From an uncultured Gammaproteobacteria bacterium (GTDB lineage: Bacteria > Patescibacteriota > Microgenomatia > UBA10105 > UBA927), in the NCBI GenBank assembly GCA_964394685.1, contig CAYMYO010000001.1:128132-192131 (forward strand): 64,000 nt of DNA, read 5' to 3'. The stretch's first letter is position 1. Each line of letters begins with the position of its first letter. The notes beneath the pieces were generated by a model that was given only the letters and a program-made list of their open reading frames with translations, was not told the origin of the DNA and searched no databases. Shown here piece after piece: positions 49,295-57,696 of the stretch. The position numbers were made by a program, and so were the translations under genes.

Positions 49295-50452
49295 ATGACG
49301 CCTCGTTTATATTTTTTAGGAAGAACCCCTGAGCTTTCTATTGCTGAACTTTCCTCATTTGTATCTTCCGTTATCTCTATTCAGCCAGATATTGTTCAAA
49401 TAGATGGTCCATGTATTGCGAATGGATCGACTCTCAGTGATGTAGATAGCATAAACCTGTTGGGCGGAGTGGTAAAAATCGCAGAGATACTTGAGCATAC
49501 TGACACTCTTGATTCGACGCGCCTCATTACTCATTTGAAACAATCAAAAAATAAAAAGGCATTTGCAATTAGCGGCTATGGCGTCGATAGAAAAACTATA
49601 ACAACATTGGATCAAGAGATAAAAGATCTCTTCAGTTCGTCACATATTGCATCTCGATTTTTACTCCCACACAACGGAAGCGTTGTTTCATCAGTAGCTA
49701 TCGTAAAAGAGCACATTGAAGAGCTTGTAATTGTTAAGGATGCATCCGGATATATCATCGGCAAAACAACAGCAATTCAACCATTTGAGCAATGGAACCA
49801 GCGTGATTATGAGCGTCCGTTTTCGGATCCCAAAGCTGGTATGCTTCCTCCGAAAGTTGCACGCATGGCGGTAAATATGGGACTGGGATCAGACAGTGTT
49901 GGAAAAACTCTGTTAGATCCATTTTGCGGCATGGGTACAATTTGTGCTGAAGCAGCCATTCGGGGGGTGAATGCAATTGGAAGTGATATTGATTACAAGT
50001 CTGTTGAAAAAGCGAAAAAAAACATGTCGTGGCTGCTTTCTCGATATAAACTTGCCTCATCAGTACGGATATTTCAGGCTGATGCAACGCACATAGATGA
50101 ACATATTGATAAAAGTTCAATTGATACCATAGTAACGGAACCACTGCTCGGTCCTACAAAGCTGGGAGAGGAAAGCATTCATGACGCCCGTGAAATACAA
50201 AATATAGTTAAAGGCCTCGAAAAATTATATATAGGATGTTTTCGATCTTGGACGAATATACTTAAAAATAACGGAGTTGTGGTCATTGCTCTGCCATCGT
50301 TTACCATGGGTAAAACTGTCTATAGTGTGAAAAAAGTTGTTGACACGTGTGAAACGCTTGGGTATACTAAGTTGCTTGGACCAATAACGTACGGAAGGCC
50401 GCAAGCAGTAGTACGAAGAAATTTTTATTTATTTAAATATGGCACACGTTAA
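49295..50452 (+). CDS. Class I SAM-dependent methyltransferase, putative RNA methylase (UPF0020/THUMP-like).
   Basis: Motif I ...LLDPFCGMGTICAEAAIRGVNAIGSDID... and an N-terminal ~170-aa THUMP-like region. It is inserted between rplU and rpmA, where Firmicutes encode the Prp protease. Confidence 0.5.
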   Translation: MTPRLYFLGRTPELSIAELSSFVSSVISIQPDIVQIDGPCIANGSTLSDVDSINLLGGVVKIAEILEHTDTLDSTRLITHLKQSKNKKAFAISGYGVDRKTITTLDQEIKDLFSSSHIASRFLLPHNGSVVSSVAIVKEHIEELVIVKDASGYIIGKTTAIQPFEQWNQRDYERPFSDPKAGMLPPKVARMAVNMGLGSDSVGKTLLDPFCGMGTICAEAAIRGVNAIGSDIDYKSVEKAKKNMSWLLSRYKLASSVRIFQADATHIDEHIDKSSIDTIVTEPLLGPTKLGEESIHDAREIQNIVKGLEKLYIGCFRSWTNILKNNGVVVIALPSFTMGKTVYSVKKVVDTCETLGYTKLLGPITYGRPQAVVRRNFYLFKYGTR

Positions 50453-50729
50453 AGCAGGAGGAGTAGCAAAAGGAAATAAAGATTCAGTTTCAAAGCGGTT
50501 AGGCGTGAAAGTATACGGCGCACAGTTTGCAAAAGCAGGAAGCATCATCATTCGTCAAAAAGGTACAAAAGTGTATCCGGGACTCAATGTCGCGATGGGA
50601 AAAGACTTCACCATTTCTTCTCGTATAGCTGGAATTGTGCAATTTGGCGTAAAACAAGGTAAAAAAATGGTATCTGTCATGCCTACCGGCAGACAGGTCT
50701 TGCCCGCGCAAAGAGGTGGCAATGGCTGA
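50439..50729 (+). CDS. rpmA: 50S ribosomal protein L27, with no N-terminal propeptide and a 16-aa C-terminal extension.
   Basis: MAHVKAGGVAKGNKDSVSKRLGVKVYGAQ... The C-terminal tail ...MPTGRQVLPAQRGGNG is partly encoded by a degenerate copy of the 20-bp palindrome at 50678-50697. Confidence 0.85.
   Translation: MAHVKAGGVAKGNKDSVSKRLGVKVYGAQFAKAGSIIIRQKGTKVYPGLNVAMGKDFTISSRIAGIVQFGVKQGKKMVSVMPTGRQVLPAQRGGNG
50678..50697. repeat. Degenerate palindrome copy D, CaTGCCTaCCGGCAGaCAGG (17/20), at the 3' end of rpmA.
   Basis: Encodes MPTGRQ in the L27 C-terminal extension. Confidence 0.5.
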
Positions 50730-51534
50730 CACACAACAAGTTCTGCATTTAGATATTGATCTTATCCAACCAAATCCTCTCCAACCGCGCGGACTTATTG
50801 CCCCGGAGGCTCTTGCGGATTTGGTATCTTCTATTAAAGAACATGGAATTATTGAGCCTCTCGTTGTTGCTAAAACTCCTGCCGGATATCAAATCATTGC
50901 CGGAGAACGCAGGTGGCGGGCAGCGCGGCTTGCAGGACTTCCTACAGTACCAATTGTGATCAGAGAAACAACGGCGAAGGGAATGCTGGAGCTAGCACTT
51001 GTTGAAAACGTACAACGTGAAGATCTTAATCCGATAGAACGGGCGCAAGCCTTTCAGAGACTCATTGAAGAATTCGGACTCACTGTTACCGAAATAGCGA
51101 AACGTATTGGTAAAAGCGAATCGTATGTATCCAATACGATGCGTTTACTTGGTATTCCTGATGCAATCAAGGACGGACTCGTATCAGGAGCCATTTCAGA
51201 AGGTCACGCACGGGCAATAGCAGGGCTCACCGACGTGAAACTCATGGTAGAGGCATATAAAACTATTCTTTCGGAAAATGCTTCTGTACGACGCGCCGAA
51301 GACCTTGCGCGGCGACTTAAAGCGCAAACCGGTGGATCGCAGCATGCAACAAAAGTTGAGAGAATTCATAGCGACGAACTTGATGGTATGGCAAAAGATA
51401 TGGCGCAAGCGGTTAATGGATTGGTTAAAATTACACAATCAAAAGTTGAAGCGCGTGTAGTATTTGTGATCCGAGGGAATCTTGAAATGACAAGCGTCAT
51501 TCTCAAGAAAATGAAACAGAAACTTTCCGGTTAA
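50716..51534 (+). CDS. parB: Chromosome partitioning protein ParB/Spo0J.
   Basis: ...IEPLVV...GERRWRAARLAGL..PVVI ParB box, and an HTH (GLTVTEIAKRIGKSESYVSN). Confidence 0.85.
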   Translation: MAMADTQQVLHLDIDLIQPNPLQPRGLIAPEALADLVSSIKEHGIIEPLVVAKTPAGYQIIAGERRWRAARLAGLPTVPIVIRETTAKGMLELALVENVQREDLNPIERAQAFQRLIEEFGLTVTEIAKRIGKSESYVSNTMRLLGIPDAIKDGLVSGAISEGHARAIAGLTDVKLMVEAYKTILSENASVRRAEDLARRLKAQTGGSQHATKVERIHSDELDGMAKDMAQAVNGLVKITQSKVEARVVFVIRGNLEMTSVILKKMKQKLSG

Positions 51535-52094
51535 ATTCCATACTCTACACTTGGAATAACCCAAAATTTATTTATTGGCCAATAGCGAAATAGCGCTTGT
51601 CCAATAATATCCGTAAGTGGTACTGGACCAAACTCCCGTGAATCAGAACTATGCGGTCTATTGTCTCCGACGCAAAAATATGTACCATCAGGAACTGTTA
51701 TTGATACATTTTCTTTAAGAAATGCACCTGGGGATGTGACAATAGTTGGTCCGATATACGCTTCTTCCAATTTCGTACCGTTTATATAAAACGTACTGTT
51801 TTTTAAGAGAACTTCGTCACCAGGAAGACCAATAACCCTTTTGATATAATCAATTTCTTTATTTCTAGGAGATTCAAAAATGACAATGTCGCCCCGCTTC
51901 GGTTTATTGAGTTTATACACGATTTTATTTGTGATGAGAAGTTCCTTGTCATAAAACGTTGGAAACATGGATTGCCCGTTAATTTCCTGCGGAGAAAAGA
52001 GGAATAAATACACCATGACGAGCATGGCCATAAACACGACGATTCCCTGGAAGAAGTCGAAAATTGAACTGATCGTTTTTTTAATTTTATCCAT
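51531..52094 (-). CDS. lepB: Signal peptidase I.
   Basis: GQSMFPTF (Ser box), KRVIGLPGDEV and GDNRPHSSDSREFGPVP (box E). The start is placed at the ATG at 52094, with a GGGAGAA RBS upstream. Convergent with parB. Confidence 0.8.
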   Translation of the reverse strand: MDKIKKTISSIFDFFQGIVVFMAMLVMVYLFLFSPQEINGQSMFPTFYDKELLITNKIVYKLNKPKRGDIVIFESPRNKEIDYIKRVIGLPGDEVLLKNSTFYINGTKLEEAYIGPTIVTSPGAFLKENVSITVPDGTYFCVGDNRPHSSDSREFGPVPLTDIIGQALFRYWPINKFWVIPSVEYGI

Positions 52095-52151
52095 AATTCT
52101 CCCTGTTCCTATGATATAATACAAACGTTTTCGATACAACTGAAATAGTAA

Positions 52152-52224
52152 GGGCGTATAGCTCAGCTGGTAGAGCGTTTCATTGACATTGAAAAGGTCT
52201 CAGGTTCAAGTCCTGATACGCCCA
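52152..52224 (+). tRNA. tRNA-Val (anticodon GAC).
   Basis: Cloverleaf folded by hand: acceptor GGGCGTA/TACGCCC, D-arm GCTC-AGCTGGTA-GAGC, anticodon arm TTTCA-TTGACAT-TGAAA, 5-nt variable loop, T-arm TCAGG-TTCAAGT-CCTGA, discriminator A. CCA is not encoded. Confidence 0.85.
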
Positions 52225-52463
52225 CAAGGAAATTTTACCGAGTTGCGATACTACTATTAAAATGCAACTGACATGAATAAAGTATTGTCCATTCCAACTG
52301 CGATATCTATCATTTTAATTCAGGACAAAAACAATTACGTACATATACGAAATATGTTTTTTGTAGCCCTTATCCGAGGAAAAGGAATTCTCGATGGATG
52401 GATCGGTATTAAGGCGCATTTTTATTTCGCGCAATCGATATCTCGGGCGTACTGGGAGGCGAT

Positions 52464-53534
52464 ATGGTCATAGGTGTTGATGCAGGAGCTATTTGTGAAA
52501 CAGATGACCGGCTGAAAGTCGGCGTGTATCGCGTGACGCTTGAGCTACTGAAACACCTTTCCCGAATTGATTCTGTCAATACATATCGGTTGTACAGTTT
52601 CGCTCCTATTCCCTCAGACATCATGAAAAATTTCGGCACTAACATGGTTAATATCTGTCTTTCGCCATCGTTTGGTTATATGAAATTTCGTTTACCATTG
52701 AAACTCACGGTAGAACCCGTCGATATTTTTTTGGGCGTAGCGCAAGCAATTCCGAATGGCGCTAAAAACGCAATTGGTTTTATTTATGACCTAGGTTTTT
52801 TGCATCACCCTGAAGTCTATGGGGCGCAGGCACACGTACTTGCCAAGCAAACAGAAACGCTTGTTGCGAAATCAGCGCATATCGTGACGATATCAAAGAC
52901 GACAAAAGATGATATCATAAAAACGTATAACGTATCTCCTTCGAACATAACGGTGTTGTATCCGGGAATAAGTGATGTCTTTAGAAAAAATAAAGAGATA
53001 ATACATCACCCGGTTCCGTATTTTTTGATGGTCGGACTCATAAAACCAAGTAAAAATATCCCTCTTGCAATTTGTGCATTTTCACAATTTCTGAAATCTA
53101 CAAAAAAACACTACGATCTTATTATTATCGGCGGAAATACCGGTGTTGATACACAGTCAACCGATAGGGTTCATATTCTTGGACGTCTTCCTGATAGGGA
53201 AGTGGCAAAATGGTATAAAGGAGCTACAGCACTACTAAGTCTTTCGAAAACTGAGGGTTTTTGTCTTCCGGCTGCAGAAAGTTTAGCTAGCGGATGTCCA
53301 GTGATTTATGTTAACGGCGGAGCGCTTCAGGAAATAGTCGGAAATGCTGGTATTGGCGTAAACAATCAAGAGGGGATAGTCCATGGCATGTTGAGATTAT
53401 CGGGTGGTACAATACGAAATGAATACGTAAAAAGATGTATTGATCGGTCTAAATTGTATTCATGGAATAAATTTTCCCGTGTCATCCTGAACTCCTGCCT
53501 TGCCGGCAGGCAGGTGTTTCAGGATCCATTATAA
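52464..53534 (+). CDS. Glycosyltransferase family 4.
   Basis: ...LSKTEGFCLPAAESLASGCPVIYVNGG... GGGAGG RBS 5 nt upstream. Its 3' end ...NSCLAGRQVFQDPL is encoded by the palindrome copy at 53494-53514. Confidence 0.75.
   Translation: MVIGVDAGAICETDDRLKVGVYRVTLELLKHLSRIDSVNTYRLYSFAPIPSDIMKNFGTNMVNICLSPSFGYMKFRLPLKLTVEPVDIFLGVAQAIPNGAKNAIGFIYDLGFLHHPEVYGAQAHVLAKQTETLVAKSAHIVTISKTTKDDIIKTYNVSPSNITVLYPGISDVFRKNKEIIHHPVPYFLMVGLIKPSKNIPLAICAFSQFLKSTKKHYDLIIIGGNTGVDTQSTDRVHILGRLPDREVAKWYKGATALLSLSKTEGFCLPAAESLASGCPVIYVNGGALQEIVGNAGIGVNNQEGIVHGMLRLSGGTIRNEYVKRCIDRSKLYSWNKFSRVILNSCLAGRQVFQDPL
53494..53514. repeat. Palindrome copy C, CCTGCCtTGCCGGCAGGCAGG (1-nt insertion), at the 3' end of the GT4 gene 52464-53534.
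   Basis: Encodes CLAGRQ in the GT4 frame. Confidence 0.8.
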
Positions 53535-53550
53535 TCGTTATAAAATGCGA

Positions 53551-53581
53551 GATGCTGATCCGCCAGCTGGCGGACAGCATG
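53551..53581. repeat. 31-nt interrupted palindrome/hairpin GATGCTGATCCGCCAGCTGGCGGACAGCATG between the GT4 and GT2 genes.
   Basis: 6-bp outer stem, 2x2 internal loop, 5-bp inner stem and AGCU loop. The core CCGCCAGCTGGCGG is related to CTGCCAGCTGGCAG at 60103-60116. Confidence 0.6.
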
Positions 53582-53598
53582 ACAATAAATAAAAATTT

Positions 53599-54345
53599 AT
53601 GATATCTGCAGTAATTTTAATTCATAACAATGAGGATTCAATTCAAAAAACACTAGAAAGTGTTTCATGGTGTGATGAACGGATTGTTGTTGATGATAAT
53701 TCGACGGATAAAACAAGAGAGATAGCAAAAAATGTAGGAGCCATTGTGTATCAGCATGCACTGAATGATAACTTTGCAGAACAAAGGAATTTTGGATTGG
53801 AAAAAGCAAAGGAAAAATGGATTCTGTTCGTAGATTCGGATGAGATAGTGAATTCCAACCTTCGAGACGAGATGCTGAAATTAATTCAGCATGACAAGGG
53901 GATTCAGGGGTATTATATAAAACGGAAGGATATATTGTTTGGTAGGGAACTACGATATGGAGAGACAGCACATGTTAAGTTGTTACGACTTGCAAAGAAA
54001 AACGCGGGCAAATGGGCAAGAGCCGTTCATGAAACATGGAACGTAAATGGACCGGTCGCCTCTTTAACCACTCCCCTTTTACATTACCCGCATTCGACAA
54101 TCTCAGAATTTCTCACTCAAATTAATCGGTATACTTCACTCAACGCCCGTGAGTTTTATTATGAAGGGAAACGTGTTTCCGCGTGGCAAATAATTGTGTA
54201 TCCAAAAGCAAAATTTATTCAAAACTATATCGTAAGACTTGGATTTCTTGATGGAGCAGCGGGATTCGTTGTTGCTATGATGATGAGCTTCCATTCATTT
54301 TTGACTCGCGGTAAGCTATGGGAGTTGCAGCAAAAGAAAATCTAA
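53599..54345 (+). CDS. Glycosyltransferase family 2.
   Basis: MISAVILIHNNEDSIQKTLESV...VVDDNSTDKT...FVDSDE (DxD). Confidence 0.75.
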   Translation: MISAVILIHNNEDSIQKTLESVSWCDERIVVDDNSTDKTREIAKNVGAIVYQHALNDNFAEQRNFGLEKAKEKWILFVDSDEIVNSNLRDEMLKLIQHDKGIQGYYIKRKDILFGRELRYGETAHVKLLRLAKKNAGKWARAVHETWNVNGPVASLTTPLLHYPHSTISEFLTQINRYTSLNAREFYYEGKRVSAWQIIVYPKAKFIQNYIVRLGFLDGAAGFVVAMMMSFHSFLTRGKLWELQQKKI

Positions 54346-54346
54346 T

Positions 54347-55387
54347 ATGTGGGAGATGCTATTATTTATTAGTCTTCTTACAGGTCAGCTCGGAAGAATT
54401 CAAATTACGTCCGACGTAGCATTTTATTTCCACGACGTTGTTATTTTATTATATCTTCTTTTTCATTTCAAAAAAATTAAAATTTCTTTTTTAAAACCAT
54501 TGATCCTTGCTTTTGGTGCTTATCTCTTGTTTCGCGCAGGATCACTTGTAGATCTTCTGTATGTACTTCGATTGTTTATGTATATATCAGTTATTTCGAT
54601 TGTTCTGCAATCAATAAAGTCTCAACTGTATTGGTTCCATTGGCTATACTTTTTAGGTGTCGGTTATGCTCTTTTGGGTTTTATTCAAATTCTTTTATAT
54701 CCGAATCTTCGTAATCTTTCATATCTTGGGTGGGACCCGCATTACTACCGTTTATTTTCCACGTTATTTGACCCAAATTTTGTAGGCGGTATCATTGTTG
54801 TTTGTTTCTTTCTCGGGTTGTATATGTTTACTATAACTAAATCGAAATTACAGGTAGTTATATCGCAGGTCATACTTATTATTGCACTCCTGTTTACATA
54901 CTCTCGAAGCAGTTTCATCGCTTTCATTACTGGACTCATTGTTTATATTGTCGTTACAAAAAAATGGAGATATATACTATTTCTTGCTTTGATTCCTCTT
55001 GTCATTTTCTTTTTTCCTTCTCTCGGAGGAATATCCACAGACATCGGGCGTATGTGGTCGGTGACAGCAAGAATCACAAATTGGCAGGAGGGGAGTCGAC
55101 TTTTTTTGCAGTCCCCCATTATCGGAAACGGATTTTCCATGAGGAGAATTGATAACAGTGTACTGTTTATTCTTGTTACGACCGGTGTTATCGGGTTTGT
55201 CGCATTTGCAAACGTGGGAATTTATTTGATTCGATCAAATTTTATTATTAAAAAACAACTTCTCAAAGCAGTATATTTTTCAATTCTAGCAGTTCTTTTC
55301 ATTCACAGCATGTTTGTGAATAGCTTATTCTATCCACAAATTCTTATCTGGTTTTGGATTTTTATCGGAGCTATTTCCCGTAGTTGA
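54347..55387 (+). CDS. O-antigen ligase/polymerase-like (Wzy_C) membrane protein.
   Basis: 346 aa with ~10 TM helices and a central YSRSSF-type motif (YSRSSFIAFITGL), as in Wzy_C/O-antigen ligase family proteins. Confidence 0.5.
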   Translation: MWEMLLFISLLTGQLGRIQITSDVAFYFHDVVILLYLLFHFKKIKISFLKPLILAFGAYLLFRAGSLVDLLYVLRLFMYISVISIVLQSIKSQLYWFHWLYFLGVGYALLGFIQILLYPNLRNLSYLGWDPHYYRLFSTLFDPNFVGGIIVVCFFLGLYMFTITKSKLQVVISQVILIIALLFTYSRSSFIAFITGLIVYIVVTKKWRYILFLALIPLVIFFFPSLGGISTDIGRMWSVTARITNWQEGSRLFLQSPIIGNGFSMRRIDNSVLFILVTTGVIGFVAFANVGIYLIRSNFIIKKQLLKAVYFSILAVLFIHSMFVNSLFYPQILIWFWIFIGAISRS

Positions 55388-56081
55388 TTTTCCGCTCAAC
55401 GGTTATTTGGTTTCCTGCGGTATCGCTAGCAATTACTTTAATGGTGGAATCACCATCAAGTACATTGAGATCATGGGAAAATGATCCATCATTTCTCACA
55501 ATGGCAAGCCGGTCATTGACAGTAACTGTATTTGCCTCATCGTTGGTTTTTCCCGTAACAGTGATGGTATTTTGTTCCTGTCTGATTTGTTGATTATCCG
55601 GAGGGTAGGATATTTCAAGCGTTGGTTTGGATTTTTTGCTGACAACAGTAAATACTTCTGACAACGCGCTCACGTTTTTCTTATCATCAGTTTGCTTGGC
55701 GCTAATGGTATTAGATCCCTCAATGAGCTTGACTGAATTGATTTTAAACGACCCGTCTTTATCAACTGTTGTTTTTTCCGTATCCGTATCATTGATATAG
55801 ACAATGACTGTCATTCCCGGCTGGCCTTTGCCGCTAACAGCGATTGTCGCGCTGTTGGTTGCAATCGGTAGCGGATCGAACTCAGGAGGCAATATAAGTT
55901 GCTGGGTTACTTGCTGTTGCGGGGTTCCTCGTAATTTATCAACCAGCAAGCTAAAACCAACAAGAATTTTAATGCCAAAAACGCCAAGAAAGATAAAAAT
56001 AGCGATAATACCGATAATAGAAAAAGCTATTTTTTTTTCCTGGCGCTTTTCTTCGAATCTTCTTAGTCTTGAGTATTGCAT
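55371..56081 (-). CDS. Membrane-anchored protein with two tandem bacterial Ig-like (Big-like) repeats.
   Basis: N-terminal TM helix (IIGIIAIFIFLGVFGIKILVGF), then two ~80-aa repeats each with a ...TVTGKT../..VSGKGQPG.. ... DGSF... pattern. Confidence 0.45.
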   Translation of the reverse strand: MQYSRLRRFEEKRQEKKIAFSIIGIIAIFIFLGVFGIKILVGFSLLVDKLRGTPQQQVTQQLILPPEFDPLPIATNSATIAVSGKGQPGMTVIVYINDTDTEKTTVDKDGSFKINSVKLIEGSNTISAKQTDDKKNVSALSEVFTVVSKKSKPTLEISYPPDNQQIRQEQNTITVTGKTNDEANTVTVNDRLAIVRNDGSFSHDLNVLDGDSTIKVIASDTAGNQITVERKINYGK

Positions 56082-56090
56082 ATATCTAAG

Positions 56091-56161
56091 AGCCTCCTGT
56101 CAGAATTGAACTGACATCTACGGTTTACGATACCGCTGCTCTACCGTTGAGCTAAGGAGGC
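56091..56161 (-). tRNA. tRNA-Thr (anticodon CGU).
   Basis: The reverse complement folds as acceptor GCCTCCT/AGGAGGC, D-arm GCTC-AACGGTA-GAGC, anticodon arm GCGGT-ATCGTAA-ACCGT (one G.U pair), 4-nt variable loop, T-arm GTCAG-TTCAATT-CTGAC. CCA is not encoded. Confidence 0.8.
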
Positions 56162-56315
56162 AGTCGCTAAACCTATTTTACCAAATTCCAGCAAGGTGCG
56201 CTTGAGTATATCTACAAAACTGCTCGAACTTATTTTACCAAAAATTACTGAAAAATGTTAGCTCCGGAGAAATTTTCATCGTTTTATGTGAGACTCTGAT
56301 ACAATCTGTCTACTA

Positions 56316-57104
56316 ATGAAAATTATCATTACTGCGGATCTTCATTACGGGGTTGGTAACAACCAAAAAATAGTCGCAAACTTTGCTAAAAGAATTATAA
56401 AAACAAAGGTCGATGTTCTTCTTCTGGTCGGTGATACGTTTGCTTTTCATCAGCACCTTCTGTTGGAATGTTTAACATTATTTGCTCCATTTAAAGGTGA
56501 TAAACTTTTTGTGGCAGGAAACCATGACTTGTGGACACTGGGGAAAGACTCATTGAAAATTTATGAGAAAGTATTGTCGCGGATAACCAAACAATGTGGT
56601 TTTCATTATCTTGACCAAAAACCATTTATAAAAGGAACGGTTGGTTTTGTGGGCAGTATTGGTTGGTATGATTACTCATTCAAAGATCCGGACAAGCCGA
56701 TTCCCCAAGACTATTATGTGCAGAAGAACTGGCCCGGAGTTGTTTCCTGGAATGATAAGCTCTATGTGCATCTAGGAATGAGTGATGAGGCTTTTACAAA
56801 AAGGATTAACCATAGGTTCAAGCGGCATTTAACACTGGTGAGCAAACAGGTAAAAGCAATTATTTGTGCTGTTCACCACGTACCTTTTAGGCAACTTCTA
56901 AGGACAAACCATACATCGACAGATAAATTTTTAGCCGCTTTTTCCGGCAGTGAAGAAACGGGAAATATCATCAAGGCTTTTCCGAAAGTCAAATATGTCT
57001 TTTGTGGTCATACGCACCAAAGAAAGAAAGCTATTATTAGCAATATAACAGCAGTGAATATCGGTAGCGACTATCTGCGGAAGCGATTTGACGTCATCGA
57101 ATAA
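56316..57104 (+). CDS. Metallophosphoesterase (calcineurin-like).
   Basis: MKIIITADLHYG (motif I), LLVGDTF (II), GNHD (III), ...GHTH... Confidence 0.7.
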   Translation: MKIIITADLHYGVGNNQKIVANFAKRIIKTKVDVLLLVGDTFAFHQHLLLECLTLFAPFKGDKLFVAGNHDLWTLGKDSLKIYEKVLSRITKQCGFHYLDQKPFIKGTVGFVGSIGWYDYSFKDPDKPIPQDYYVQKNWPGVVSWNDKLYVHLGMSDEAFTKRINHRFKRHLTLVSKQVKAIICAVHHVPFRQLLRTNHTSTDKFLAAFSGSEETGNIIKAFPKVKYVFCGHTHQRKKAIISNITAVNIGSDYLRKRFDVIE

Positions 57105-57116
57105 CAGTTCCAGTGT

Positions 57117-57488
57117 TTATCGTGCGTCTTGTGCACGGTGGATTTCTTGTTCGCTCATACCGAAATGGTGTCCGATTTCATGCAGCACTGTTTCCCTTAT
57201 CTGGGCCTTTACCGCACCCGGATTGCCGCCGAATTGCGCCAGGATCGGCCCGGCGTATATGACGATTTTGTCAGGTAGCACCCCGCTGTAGTTTGCCCGC
57301 CTCGTTTTTGCTACGCCCCGATACAGACCATAGAGGATTGTGTCGGCTCCGGCACCGACGCTTTGGAGGTCGTCTTGGCTTGGCCATGCTTCCACCACAA
57401 CCCCCACATTATCCAGCTGCCGGGCAAACTCCTTCGGTATACTTTCCAGTACTTCAGAAACGAGCGCTTCAAACTCCTCACGCGTCAT
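57117..57488 (-). CDS. Zincin-like metallopeptidase family protein (PF06262/Zincin_1-like).
   Basis: MTREEFEALVSEVLESIPKEFARQLDNVGVVVE...TVLHEIGHHFG (HExxH). The gene is GC-rich (~55%) compared with the ~38% background. Confidence 0.7.
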   Translation of the reverse strand: MTREEFEALVSEVLESIPKEFARQLDNVGVVVEAWPSQDDLQSVGAGADTILYGLYRGVAKTRRANYSGVLPDKIVIYAGPILAQFGGNPGAVKAQIRETVLHEIGHHFGMSEQEIHRAQDAR

Positions 57489-57696
57489 TCCTGTATCGGT
57501 TTTTATAGCTTTTCCTCCACAATTTCTCCCTCCACAATCTTGCTCTTGCTTGCCATAAACTCCGCCGAAGGGTCAAAATCAGGCGAGTGAGATTTCTTTT
57601 TAGGCAGATGTTGTTTTCTGGAGATTTTTCTAAATAGATAAAAAAGCACCAGCGGAACCAAGGGGACCAGTATCTTTCTAATCAGGGTAAATAGGA

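Noticed and set aside
57088-57590. Plus-strand small ORFs (57088-57291, 57293-57508, 57340-57558, 57363-57590) in the GC-rich region.
   Set aside because: High GC removes stop codons, which inflates spurious ORFs. They overlap the well-supported minus-strand zincin-like gene and have implausible Pro/Arg-rich low-complexity translations.
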